Below, piece by piece: positions 38,059 through 47,415 of a stretch of DNA of 64,000 bases. The notes under the pieces were generated by a model that made no database searches, was not told the origin of the DNA, and saw only the letters and a list, made by a program, of their open reading frames with translations. Location: positions 103,204-167,203 of the forward strand of contig DASXUQ010000009.1 of NCBI GenBank assembly GCA_036504735.1, read 5' to 3'. Each line of letters starts with the position of its first letter. Position 1 is the first letter of the stretch. This DNA is from a bacterium (GTDB lineage: Bacteria; Electryoneota; RPQS01). The position numbers were made by a program, and so were the translations under genes.

Positions 38059-39160
38059 TCGGAGCCTCTTGTTGGGTCTCGGGCCAGAGTTTAGATTTCA
38101 GCGCTTCCCCGGACGGCAAATCGTGATTGGGAAGTAGTTCTTGAATCGTCTTACCGGAGTAATCCGGATAAGCGGTCGGTTCTTCAAGCGTATAGCCAAT
38201 TTGTTCCCTGGGCACAAGAAACGTATTGCTGTCATAATTATCAAACACATCAATCTTGACACGCACACGGTCTACCGTAATAAGCGGCCTTAAGAACCGC
38301 ATGCAATACACCGTTTCCTGTTGCACCTTCAGTGTTCGCTTATATATTTCTTCCAAAAGATAGACTGAGCCCTGCTCCTTCGCCAATGTTCGATCTGCAT
38401 ACTTTTTCAGCAACTCGAAGTCCAAATATATGTCCGGAGGTTCTACGATTGCACTCTGAAGGGCAAACGAGTAAGCATGATAGATTTCGCTTCCCGCAAG
38501 CAATTTCTCATTGTGCTCAAGTATAAATCTGTTGGCTCGCTCGCGCTCATCGGCAAGTTCATCAGACAGACGGAGCAAGGCCGCGAGAACTTGCACGCGC
38601 ACATGCTCGCCCAGAATGCGCGTTCGAAAATCCAAATTCCTTATCGTGTCCTTCTCCCCTGTAGGCGTCAGTCCGCCATGCGATTGTGCAATACGCACAA
38701 TGATAAGCTTCTCAATCACGTCGTCGCCGGCCCGTGACCCTAAGGTCGCAAGAACTTCGTGACATTTGAGCTCGTGCTCCTTTCTGCCATACACGATGCC
38801 GACATCATGTAAATATGTCGCCGCCAGGAGTACATAGGTTTCATATGGCGTGAGAAGAAGATGAGAATGATTCAAGAGATCAGTCATTCGTCTCAACACA
38901 CACAGGATATGACCTTCGCCGTGGTCATTCAAAAAGAGCGGTGACTTGTCCACAGTCTGGGATGTCGCCAACGCAGCCGTAACTGTTCCCGGCCAAACAT
39001 CTCGCCGAAGATAGTCCGATATGCTCTTCAGTCTCGAAACGTAATCGGCGTTGCTTGGGAATCTGCACTCGGGCGCTCGACTATAGAACCACTCGTCTAA
39101 ACGTTTTTCTTGATAGTATGATCGAGCGTTCTCGGTGGGTGGAGGATTCATAACGAACAT
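38045..39160 (-). CDS. HD-domain phosphohydrolase family protein
   Basis: 371 aa. H...HD motif (GHILCVLRR...AATYLHDVG). First gene of the three-gene overlapping operon. Confidence 0.55.
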   Translation of the reverse strand: MFVMNPPPTENARSYYQEKRLDEWFYSRAPECRFPSNADYVSRLKSISDYLRRDVWPGTVTAALATSQTVDKSPLFLNDHGEGHILCVLRRMTDLLNHSHLLLTPYETYVLLAATYLHDVGIVYGRKEHELKCHEVLATLGSRAGDDVIEKLIIVRIAQSHGGLTPTGEKDTIRNLDFRTRILGEHVRVQVLAALLRLSDELADERERANRFILEHNEKLLAGSEIYHAYSFALQSAIVEPPDIYLDFELLKKYADRTLAKEQGSVYLLEEIYKRTLKVQQETVYCMRFLRPLITVDRVRVKIDVFDNYDSNTFLVPREQIGYTLEEPTAYPDYSGKTIQELLPNHDLPSGEALKSKLWPETQQEAPNATH

Positions 39161-39253
39161 CCGGCGCGGTTGTTAGCTTGATTTACGAGCGTGTTGTGAC
39201 CCTTGGAATAGTGCACTTGGAATAAAAGCGAACCTAGCCACATCAGGACCAGT

Positions 39254-39475
39254 CTACTGAAGCTCTTGGCGTTTTGCATCGACCAAATGCTCAATTTCAT
39301 CGAACGTCCGCTGGGTTAATGACGCAATTAGTGACATGCAGTTGTCCCTTACTGCATCGGCCATGATGTTGCCATTGTCTGACCACTGCAGGGTCAGGGC
39401 GGACAGCAACGCGTCTATCAGTAGCGTCTTCTCATCGTCCATTTCTTCTGTCTCCTTGGGCTGGATTCCACTCAT
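39254..39475 (-). CDS. Small hypothetical protein (73 aa)
   Basis: ORF between the AIPR and HD genes, same strand. Acidic. Confidence 0.3.
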   Translation of the reverse strand: MSGIQPKETEEMDDEKTLLIDALLSALTLQWSDNGNIMADAVRDNCMSLIASLTQRTFDEIEHLVDAKRQELQ

Positions 39476-39482
39476 TCCTTCC

Positions 39483-41606
39483 CTACGCGCTGGGTTTGAG
39501 CATGTCGGATGCTTCTTCGACTTTCCGAAGTATTTTCATTCCCGATTTTGCCTGCGCAGGTGACGGTTTCTTATTCCATCCCTGTAGCGCGTATAGGCTT
39601 AACGACTCTGCGATGCTACATTGTCTTGGATAGAGATTGCTGGTTTCCCTTCCCCACTTTGCGATGCGAGACCACATCTCGGCACCGACTTCCATAACAC
39701 GAGCCGTGTTCTCCCTATCCTCGAATGAAAGCGGGATGTGTTCGCTGTTTGCTGGCTCACCGTCACCGTTGTGTTCCAGAGGGGTGCTTTCAATTTGACG
39801 CTTCAGGGAATCGGGCAGATTCAGATCCAGTGATCTAATCGCCTGCCAGCAGTCTTCGCGCTTGCACCATTGGGTAACGTTCCGGCCAGCCGCAGACCCG
39901 ACAATAGCATTGTATATTTCTTCGGCCCATAGATTGAGTGCATCCAGCACGCCAGATCCGATGTCCTGTTGCTGCCATACATTCACGAAATCGATCAGTC
40001 CTGAGGTCCGATGCGATAGGTAGGCAACCAAGTACGTAACAATGTTAGCACGATATGCTGGAAAGTCCTTTTCTCGCACTAGTTTCTTTGCCGACCGATA
40101 TAAGATGGCTTTCCCTATCATTTGCTTGAAATACACGTCGTCCGGCAACCAACCCGTTTCGAGTTTCACTCTTAGCGCTTCCATGAACGCGACAAAGTTA
40201 GCCTGTTCTCCACGGCTTACGAGTTGCGGCAATTTGTCCCAGCTGTTAAGGAACTTGGCAAGATCGGTCTTGGTGAACTTCTGAGACGGTGGACATGCCT
40301 CTTCGAATTTCCGTAACTGCGCTGGCGTAGCGCCCTGCCTTTGCTTCGCGACTTGATACTGACCTCTTGCTCGTTCGTAGAACCAGCGGCTGCGCTCTCC
40401 CGGATTCCATAGTCGCTCGGAGAGATGCTGGATTCGGACGTGGAAGGGGTTATTTGCAGAGAAGTCAGATTCGCTTATCTTGTTCTGGCTGTTAGCATAC
40501 AATGATATGTGTCTTACGACCTCTTCCCTGTCGTTGTCACCGATGAGGCAGATCTTTGCTGGTACAAATACCTCCCGCAAGTCCACCTTATCCACAAAGT
40601 GGGCGCGATGGATAGACGCCATGGTTTGTCCACCGTTCACCACTTGAAATCCTTGCATCCGAACAACCGCTCCTCCGGATTGATTATCGGTGACGTCTAG
40701 CATGTCTACTACGGCAGTAATGCCGTTGTTGTACGCGAGAAATCGTTCTGGACTCGTGCGGAGTGTCTCTCGAATCTTGGCGTTGACCTTTCCTTTAACC
40801 TGTAAGAAAGAGCGAACGTTCAAATCCAAGAGCCGTGTGCCGTGTTCCTCATATAGATCGGCAAGTAGTCGTCCCGGTAGGACTGCCAGGTACGCTTTGT
40901 AGTCTACGCTCGCTGTAGGAGCAACCAGACACGGAATAGCTGTTGCACCATCATTAGAAAGGTCGACAACAATTTGCGAGTGCGGATCTCCCACGCTTCT
41001 GAATAGTCGTCTCAGATCCCAGACGATAGTCCTCACAGAGTAGGGAAGTTCGCCATCGACTTGTATGTCGGATGTGGTCGCGATGCCATCTACGAGAAGA
41101 AAGACTCGTGCCTGTGAGAGGTTTGAGCTGCAATCGCTGATTTGCTGAAACATGCTGTATTGGTCAGACGCTGGCTCCAACAGATGGTACTCTCCTCGCG
41201 AAGCGAACTTCAGAAGCCGGACCGCCCGCTTGGCAGCCTTGATGAGTTCCTCGCGCCCGACCAAGTCGGAAGATCTCGTTGCATCACACAGCGAGATGAA
41301 GATGTCGATGCGGCAACCGTCTTCATCCAAGAAGTACGCGTTCGATTTCAGCTGACCGCGTGTTGTGTCCTTGAAACAATAGCAGATTTCGGCATCGTCA
41401 ATTTCGCCGATCTCAGTCAAGTACTCGGTAAATAACTGGGTAAAAGCGTTTTCTTTGAAATCCGAGTCGGACCCATCACTTGTCGCGTCTGCGACTCCCC
41501 TGGCGCGTTCCATGACTTCCGCTCGGAAATTCAGAACGTACTCTTCAAGCTGTCTATCGGTTGGCATGGCCGGCCCTATGGATTTCCCTTTGCGCGTCCT
41601 CATCAC
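39483..41606 (-). CDS. AIPR (abortive infection phage resistance) family protein
   Basis: 707 aa. AYNNGITAVVD...VVNGGQT motif region typical of AIPR/DGQHR-like proteins. Partner of the upstream PD-(D/E)XK gene in a conserved cassette. Confidence 0.55.
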   Translation of the reverse strand: MMRTRKGKSIGPAMPTDRQLEEYVLNFRAEVMERARGVADATSDGSDSDFKENAFTQLFTEYLTEIGEIDDAEICYCFKDTTRGQLKSNAYFLDEDGCRIDIFISLCDATRSSDLVGREELIKAAKRAVRLLKFASRGEYHLLEPASDQYSMFQQISDCSSNLSQARVFLLVDGIATTSDIQVDGELPYSVRTIVWDLRRLFRSVGDPHSQIVVDLSNDGATAIPCLVAPTASVDYKAYLAVLPGRLLADLYEEHGTRLLDLNVRSFLQVKGKVNAKIRETLRTSPERFLAYNNGITAVVDMLDVTDNQSGGAVVRMQGFQVVNGGQTMASIHRAHFVDKVDLREVFVPAKICLIGDNDREEVVRHISLYANSQNKISESDFSANNPFHVRIQHLSERLWNPGERSRWFYERARGQYQVAKQRQGATPAQLRKFEEACPPSQKFTKTDLAKFLNSWDKLPQLVSRGEQANFVAFMEALRVKLETGWLPDDVYFKQMIGKAILYRSAKKLVREKDFPAYRANIVTYLVAYLSHRTSGLIDFVNVWQQQDIGSGVLDALNLWAEEIYNAIVGSAAGRNVTQWCKREDCWQAIRSLDLNLPDSLKRQIESTPLEHNGDGEPANSEHIPLSFEDRENTARVMEVGAEMWSRIAKWGRETSNLYPRQCSIAESLSLYALQGWNKKPSPAQAKSGMKILRKVEEASDMLKPSA

Positions 41607-42570
41607 TCATTATGTAATCGTGCCCTGCTTTCAAGTCAAGTGTATATGCGACGTCTTCTATTCCAAAAGGCAAGTGGTTCTCGACTAACCGCGGAAAACC
41701 ATCGGTGACCATAAAGAAGGTATGATTGCGGACATGATACCCCCTACCGGCATATCTCTCGGATTGAGAGTCTAAGTACCCTGCCGCCAGTAAGCCCTCG
41801 TCAAATAGCTGGCCAGCCGATGGGTCATTTTCAGCCAGTGTTGTGCGAATAGCGTCTATGACCTGATTCAGCGTCTCGCCACTGCCACTCCGCAACTCTG
41901 TTGAGATGTGGATCAAAATCAGGGATGCTAACCCTGCGCCGTCGAGTTGTCTTATATTGCTAATGTGAACCGTTGCGAGCGTGACCGTAGTAGTCTTGAC
42001 CTCTAAGGCGCATGCACCTATTTGAAAGTCCTGATTTGATCCATAAGGGGCAGTCCATGCTCGAATGGCATCAAGGGGCAGCATTGACGGAAGTAGATGC
42101 TTGGATAGGAACCACAACTCGCCAAACAGACCAATTTGTTGGTTCTCAGAGAGCCCCTTGGGCTGAAATGACTGTAGAAGCAACTGCCATCTCTTTAGGC
42201 GCGAAATCAATTGCTGTACAGCAGACTTCGCGTCAAAAGTCTCGGCCACCACCTTCACAAGATCCTCTCCCAGAACACCGAATATATCTGAGTAGCTATT
42301 GTCCACCAACTCGATTGTAATCTGTACTGTGGCCTTAGCCATGACGTACGAAGGAAAGATACTCAACCCCTTGGCAACGGGATACCTGATAGCTGCTGGT
42401 ACAGCTGATGACGGCGCCTCTATAATCAATGCCCGAGCGTCCCCTGGCATATGCACCGCTGCATAGATGGCTACAGGTGCGTCGGGCATAACACGCTGGC
42501 AATGCCATCCGGTTCTACGTTCTGCTTGTTTGGAGAGACTATCCCATGTCGATTCGAGACTGATCTCCAT
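41554..42570 (-). CDS. PD-(D/E)XK nuclease-motif protein of the Dcm-linked cassette
   Basis: 338 aa. ...DFQIGACALEVK (D...E.K). Overlaps the AIPR gene by 53 nt. Confidence 0.5.
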   Translation of the reverse strand: MEISLESTWDSLSKQAERRTGWHCQRVMPDAPVAIYAAVHMPGDARALIIEAPSSAVPAAIRYPVAKGLSIFPSYVMAKATVQITIELVDNSYSDIFGVLGEDLVKVVAETFDAKSAVQQLISRLKRWQLLLQSFQPKGLSENQQIGLFGELWFLSKHLLPSMLPLDAIRAWTAPYGSNQDFQIGACALEVKTTTVTLATVHISNIRQLDGAGLASLILIHISTELRSGSGETLNQVIDAIRTTLAENDPSAGQLFDEGLLAAGYLDSQSERYAGRGYHVRNHTFFMVTDGFPRLVENHLPFGIEDVAYTLDLKAGHDYIMSDEDAQREIHRAGHANR

Positions 42571-42573
42571 GAT

Positions 42574-45354
42574 TCACAGCTCTTGAGTCTGTTCGAATAC
42601 ATTGTTCACGACATAACGTAGAGGTTGACTCTCCGTGTCGTTCGGAAAACTGAGGGCAAATCCGACAACTGGATTCTCTGATTCCGGTGCGATTATCGTC
42701 GGGTCAAGAGGATATATTATTAGCAACCCACGCGATGTCGAACGTTGCATTCGCACCTCCTCGCCGGTCAGAATCCCAGCTCTCCGATACTCGTCATCTG
42801 TTAAGTCAATACGTTCGTCACGCGGTGTCAGCGTAGACCGCGTCCAGAAATAGCCGAGGTCAGCCTTTTGCTCGTCTGACAAGCCGCTTCGCCAGTCACG
42901 CTTCACTGTGTGCAATCGCGCAGGAGCGCACACATGTTCCGTAGTTCCGTCTCCCGATCTTATTAGTACATCCCAGCTAGCAAGCTTCTCGGCACTGATC
43001 TCGTTGGTAATGTATTGCGTTAGCAGGGTCGTTCGAATGTGGAAATCCTCGGGGTGCGACCTGTATGATCTCAAGAACTCAATTACTCTCATTGGGCTCA
43101 CGTTGCTAAGCCGTATGCTGTTGCGCCATTCCTCGCGCCGTCCGTCCGGCCACTGACGTACGGGACTTACCACCTGAATTGCCCCATCCTGACGAGCGCC
43201 ATTCAATAGCTCCTGCATCGCACTGTAGTTCAGCGCGTTCTCTGGCCCGATTCTATGATATCGAAGTGTCTGAATGAGTCGTCCATGGCAAGTGTATTCA
43301 AGTTCGGTTCCGTGCCTCATCTTGACACGTGACGTGACAAGCAGCGAAGGGTGCGACCTGACACGCAAGCCATATTCGAGTGGAGTAGCCCCGACCGCCG
43401 CCATGTGGTCAAATTCCTCACGGAGCTCTTCCTCAGCCTCAGCAATGTGCTGAAACCAGTTGGCCAACTCTTCGGTTGTAAATAGGCGGCAAATATCAAT
43501 GTACCCGTGTCTATATCCAAACCAACGCCCCATCTGCATCAGCGTGTCGTACATCCGTGACGCGCGAAGGAAGTAACTTACACTCAGACCTTCAAGAGTC
43601 AGTCCGCGCGACAGTTTATCTCCTCCTATCGCGATGATCGTTCGAGCATCGGGCAGTGTGTAGTCGAGAACATCCCGGCTCGTACCGTTTATTTGTCTTA
43701 CCTCGACTGCTAGCAGCACCTCCATTACGTGTTGGACCACCTCCTGCCAAGTAATTGGGGCACAGTAAGCATCTTCAATCGCCTCGATTGTGGGAACAAA
43801 ATCGCGTATCCACATGTCCTCAAGCTCTTCTCTCAGCGTACCAACTGACTCGGTTGTCTCGCGCTGAAAGCGAGTGCGATAAGTCTGAAGAGTCTCGACA
43901 ACCTGATCATACACTCTTCGTTGAACATCGACGAAGCGTGTGACATGAATGAGCATCGACTTGTGTCGGTGCATCTGACCGCGCGCATTTCTCGCTGCAC
44001 AAGATAGGATGAACGACAGAAGTGCACGGCGCAAGGAAGGCGGCAATTCAGGGCGACCATCGATAGTCGGAACATGTCCAGCGCTGTGCCGGGGCGGCAT
44101 CCAGCCGTCGATTTCGTCCACGTCATCGGTCCAAGCGTCGGCTATTTCCCTGATAACCGGTAGTGGTTGGAACTCTTCCTGGCCGACTGACCCTAGTCCA
44201 AAAAGCTCGCGCGGTCCTGTGTAATTAGATGGTGCCGGTAGATTCATAATGAAGCTGCGCGGGAAGAGATCATCGCCTTCTTCACGCGTCGCGGCTCTTT
44301 CATGGATGAATATGTTGGCAAACGGTGTCGCTGTATACCCTACATAGGCACTCTTTTCAAACGCATAAAGTAATCTACGTATTCTCTGGTTGATTACAGT
44401 TGGGTCATGGTCTAGATCCGGCTGACCGTTCGACTCAAATCTCAGCTCTGAGGTGTCTATCGATCCGTAGTCGGCCTCGTCATCGATCAAGAGCAACGGG
44501 ATACCTCGCACTATAGCGCGTTGCCCCGCGTCGCCGCCGTGTGCAGACCATTCTACCCAGTTCAGAAGATTTCGCAGAACACTTCCGTTCTTCTTCACGA
44601 CAAAAAGCAACGGATTCAAGCCAGGCGAAATATGAAAGTTCTGCGCTACATCAGTCTTGAAATCTCCATTATCGGCTCTGGTCGTGATAGTATCTGGGCT
44701 TGGAATGAATTGAGCAATGCGGCCTACGCCGACAGTATGCCGACCGTGAGTTCCGAGCTGGTCAATGCTGTCATACCCCAGGAATCCTTCATCAAGTCGA
44801 ATTTGTGTTTGGCTCCTAAGACTATTGTGAACGCCAGCAAGTACGACTATCAACTTATAGCCGGCGTCTACCGCTTTATTGATCAAGCCGATGTAGTTGG
44901 CGGTTTTGCCAGATTGAATTCTGCCCACTACCATTCCTCTACGGTCCCAGGCATTTTCGCGTTGCGGATCCTCCAGTAACCCGAGAATGTCCGTGCACAT
45001 ACTGTCCAACTTGTCAATGGTGGCGTCGGCCCATCCCCGCTCCTGAAGAAAACTTCGGTATCGTGACCAGAAGCGCCAATTGATTTCCTGAGCACGTCGA
45101 TCAAGCCACCGCACGTGATCGCGGTTATCCTGGAGTGTCGTAGCGTCGCCGATCCAAAAACGGAACACGGTTTCAAGTTCTGCTATTAGTCTGGCGCGAT
45201 CCAATTCTGTCCACTCGGGTCGCATTCCCAAGACTCCGCTGACCTCTCTCTCAATTACATCACGCGTAATAGCCTCACCATTCTGGTCGCGAACATACCG
45301 AATTAGATTTCCAGCGACGGCAAACGCCGTTTCAAATGCGGAGTCTTGAGACAT
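42574..45354 (-). CDS. Z1-domain protein (P-loop NTPase)
   Basis: 926 aa. Walker A GRIQSGKTANYIGL. Size and position typical of Z1 proteins in Dcm/Vsr cassettes. Confidence 0.6.
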   Translation of the reverse strand: MSQDSAFETAFAVAGNLIRYVRDQNGEAITRDVIEREVSGVLGMRPEWTELDRARLIAELETVFRFWIGDATTLQDNRDHVRWLDRRAQEINWRFWSRYRSFLQERGWADATIDKLDSMCTDILGLLEDPQRENAWDRRGMVVGRIQSGKTANYIGLINKAVDAGYKLIVVLAGVHNSLRSQTQIRLDEGFLGYDSIDQLGTHGRHTVGVGRIAQFIPSPDTITTRADNGDFKTDVAQNFHISPGLNPLLFVVKKNGSVLRNLLNWVEWSAHGGDAGQRAIVRGIPLLLIDDEADYGSIDTSELRFESNGQPDLDHDPTVINQRIRRLLYAFEKSAYVGYTATPFANIFIHERAATREEGDDLFPRSFIMNLPAPSNYTGPRELFGLGSVGQEEFQPLPVIREIADAWTDDVDEIDGWMPPRHSAGHVPTIDGRPELPPSLRRALLSFILSCAARNARGQMHRHKSMLIHVTRFVDVQRRVYDQVVETLQTYRTRFQRETTESVGTLREELEDMWIRDFVPTIEAIEDAYCAPITWQEVVQHVMEVLLAVEVRQINGTSRDVLDYTLPDARTIIAIGGDKLSRGLTLEGLSVSYFLRASRMYDTLMQMGRWFGYRHGYIDICRLFTTEELANWFQHIAEAEEELREEFDHMAAVGATPLEYGLRVRSHPSLLVTSRVKMRHGTELEYTCHGRLIQTLRYHRIGPENALNYSAMQELLNGARQDGAIQVVSPVRQWPDGRREEWRNSIRLSNVSPMRVIEFLRSYRSHPEDFHIRTTLLTQYITNEISAEKLASWDVLIRSGDGTTEHVCAPARLHTVKRDWRSGLSDEQKADLGYFWTRSTLTPRDERIDLTDDEYRRAGILTGEEVRMQRSTSRGLLIIYPLDPTIIAPESENPVVGFALSFPNDTESQPLRYVVNNVFEQTQEL

Positions 45355-45358
45355 GGGC

Positions 45359-46891
45359 TCAGTTCTCTTTAGCGGTTAGTCTTTCAGCCAGCGATGCATA
45401 TGGTCGGAAGGCGTCCATGTGCGAGACTGTCTCGCGCGCTTGAGTTTCGGTCAATGTGCCGCTGGACAGGAGACGATTGAACACTTGCTGCATAATATCT
45501 TGAATCTCAGGTTTGTCATAGCCTTCAAATGGTTGCGCAGGTGCTTTGCTTCCATCTGCAACATCCAGCCAAATTCGCTCTACAGGCACAGTCTCTTCAA
45601 GAATACGCACCAACAACTCTACCTCACGCCGTTTCCCAAAAGTGCCGATAGCGGCCTTCACAATTGGATGGCCACGATCAATCCGGTACTTGAATCTGTT
45701 TCGAGCTGGATCCAGTTGCGGAATCCACAGTCGGGTGAGTGATTCATCTCGAGGCCTGGGTCCATATGCGCCGCGATGAACGAACACCTCCCTCGCGCGT
45801 CGTCGAATTTCACTTGCCAGCTGTATTAAGCGTGGACGCATCGAGCTGGGGGGCCGCGCAGTGGATTTCTTGACATCTATTTGCCATTCAAAGTCGGCTG
45901 ACGTGGGTATGTCAAGTCTTATTCGAGCAAGCTTATAATGCTCCTCTTTCACCCACGTTCGGCCAATCCCTAATCCGAGCCAGTGTCCCGGCACCAAAAG
46001 CCTCTCGTTCCGATAGACGTAAAAACCCTGCTGGGCAAACCATCCGTACGGTCCTCCGAAAAGCTCATAGGCTGCGTCATCCAACTTGTCTCGGTGCGGC
46101 AGAACAGAGCCCTGAAGGGTTACTGTGCCGCACGATCCAGATATATGTTCAACGGGTGATGGATCCGTTGCTGGATGATTAATCGCAAAGGGATCCCATG
46201 CGCTAATTTCCTTTGACTCTTCGGAATGATTACTGTTGACGTAGATCTTCAGCCGCGGACTTACGCCAGCCAAAAAGCGGTGGAATACCATACCCAGATG
46301 CCGCTCTACCTCGTCTGTCAACGCCCAGAATCGGTCCCTCGAAATCGATGTCAGACCGTTATCTTGTCCAAGAATACGATCTAGTATTTGCCATACGACC
46401 GCCGTACCATGCGCCAGATTCGACAGGCGATCAACTACACCCTCGACTCCTGGTCGCAGATTCTTGAGAAGATTCCACGTATTGGTTTGACTCACAAAGT
46501 CAAGGTCCCATCGCCGAATGCATATGTCCGTTGAATTCTTCTTGCTTGCTACAGTACAGCTTCTGCACTGAGAGAACGAAGCCGTCTTAAGCCCGAGACC
46601 GAACCTGCCAAGATCTGTTGGTTCCCGCTTATCACTACGACTCTGTGTTCCTGGTCGCATGGCTTCCACTAGTTCAGCTTGATCCATACCAATGCCATCG
46701 TCCAAAATGGCGATGTAAGATTCTCCTTCACGCCAGACAAATTCGAGCCAGACACGTGTCGCACGTGCAGAAATGCTATTGTCAATGATGTCAGCAATAG
46801 CGGTTTGTAACGAATAGCCGTACGCGCGAAGTGATTCAACCATTGAGGCTGCTTTCGGCGGAACAGGCTCGGCAATCTCGGGGTTACCCAT
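45359..46891 (-). CDS. GHKL/HATPase_c-family ATP-binding protein
   Basis: 510 aa. Bergerat-fold boxes: DIIDNSISA (N box), DDGIGM (G1), GRFGLGLK (G2). Confidence 0.65.
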   Translation of the reverse strand: MGNPEIAEPVPPKAASMVESLRAYGYSLQTAIADIIDNSISARATRVWLEFVWREGESYIAILDDGIGMDQAELVEAMRPGTQSRSDKREPTDLGRFGLGLKTASFSQCRSCTVASKKNSTDICIRRWDLDFVSQTNTWNLLKNLRPGVEGVVDRLSNLAHGTAVVWQILDRILGQDNGLTSISRDRFWALTDEVERHLGMVFHRFLAGVSPRLKIYVNSNHSEESKEISAWDPFAINHPATDPSPVEHISGSCGTVTLQGSVLPHRDKLDDAAYELFGGPYGWFAQQGFYVYRNERLLVPGHWLGLGIGRTWVKEEHYKLARIRLDIPTSADFEWQIDVKKSTARPPSSMRPRLIQLASEIRRRAREVFVHRGAYGPRPRDESLTRLWIPQLDPARNRFKYRIDRGHPIVKAAIGTFGKRREVELLVRILEETVPVERIWLDVADGSKAPAQPFEGYDKPEIQDIMQQVFNRLLSSGTLTETQARETVSHMDAFRPYASLAERLTAKEN

Positions 46892-46930
46892 GGTCCTCGG
46901 CTTGGAAAGAAATGCGCCCGCACATATAAG

Positions 46931-47344
46931 TTAGCACGCTCGCTTAGTAAGGATACTTTCAATGCGCATAATGCATTTGTCAAAGTTGTTCTTTAACTGG
47001 TGCTCCCAGAATCGGATGACTGTCCAACCGGATCTTCGTAGCGACCGGTTCACTTCTTTGTCGCGTTGTTTGTTGTGTGCGAGTTTCGGAATCCAGTAAC
47101 GCCGATTTGCTTTTGGCACGTTTGAGTGACGCGGACACTGATGCCAGAAGCAAGAATCGAGAAATACCGCGACCTTACGGGAGACAAACACTATATCAGG
47201 CTTGCCGATTAGCCGGGAGTAATTCTTCCGATATCGAAAGCCTCGGCGGTGGAGTTCGGAGCGGAATCGAGTCTCCATCTTTGTGTCGGTGCCCCGAATA
47301 TGTTGCATTGCTCTTCGGCGCTGCGATGGTGTCAGATTGTCCAC
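46931..47344 (-). CDS. vsr: Very-short-patch repair endonuclease Vsr
   Basis: 137 aa. PDIVFVSRKVAVFLDSCFWHQCP motif. Confidence 0.8.
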   Translation of the reverse strand: MDNLTPSQRRRAMQHIRGTDTKMETRFRSELHRRGFRYRKNYSRLIGKPDIVFVSRKVAVFLDSCFWHQCPRHSNVPKANRRYWIPKLAHNKQRDKEVNRSLRRSGWTVIRFWEHQLKNNFDKCIMRIESILTKRAC

Positions 47345-47415
47345 AATATGAATCTCTGTCCAGGCGCTCGATTAATCGTGGTGGCGAAATCCTTCTGCGC
47401 CTTGCGAAGTCTTTC

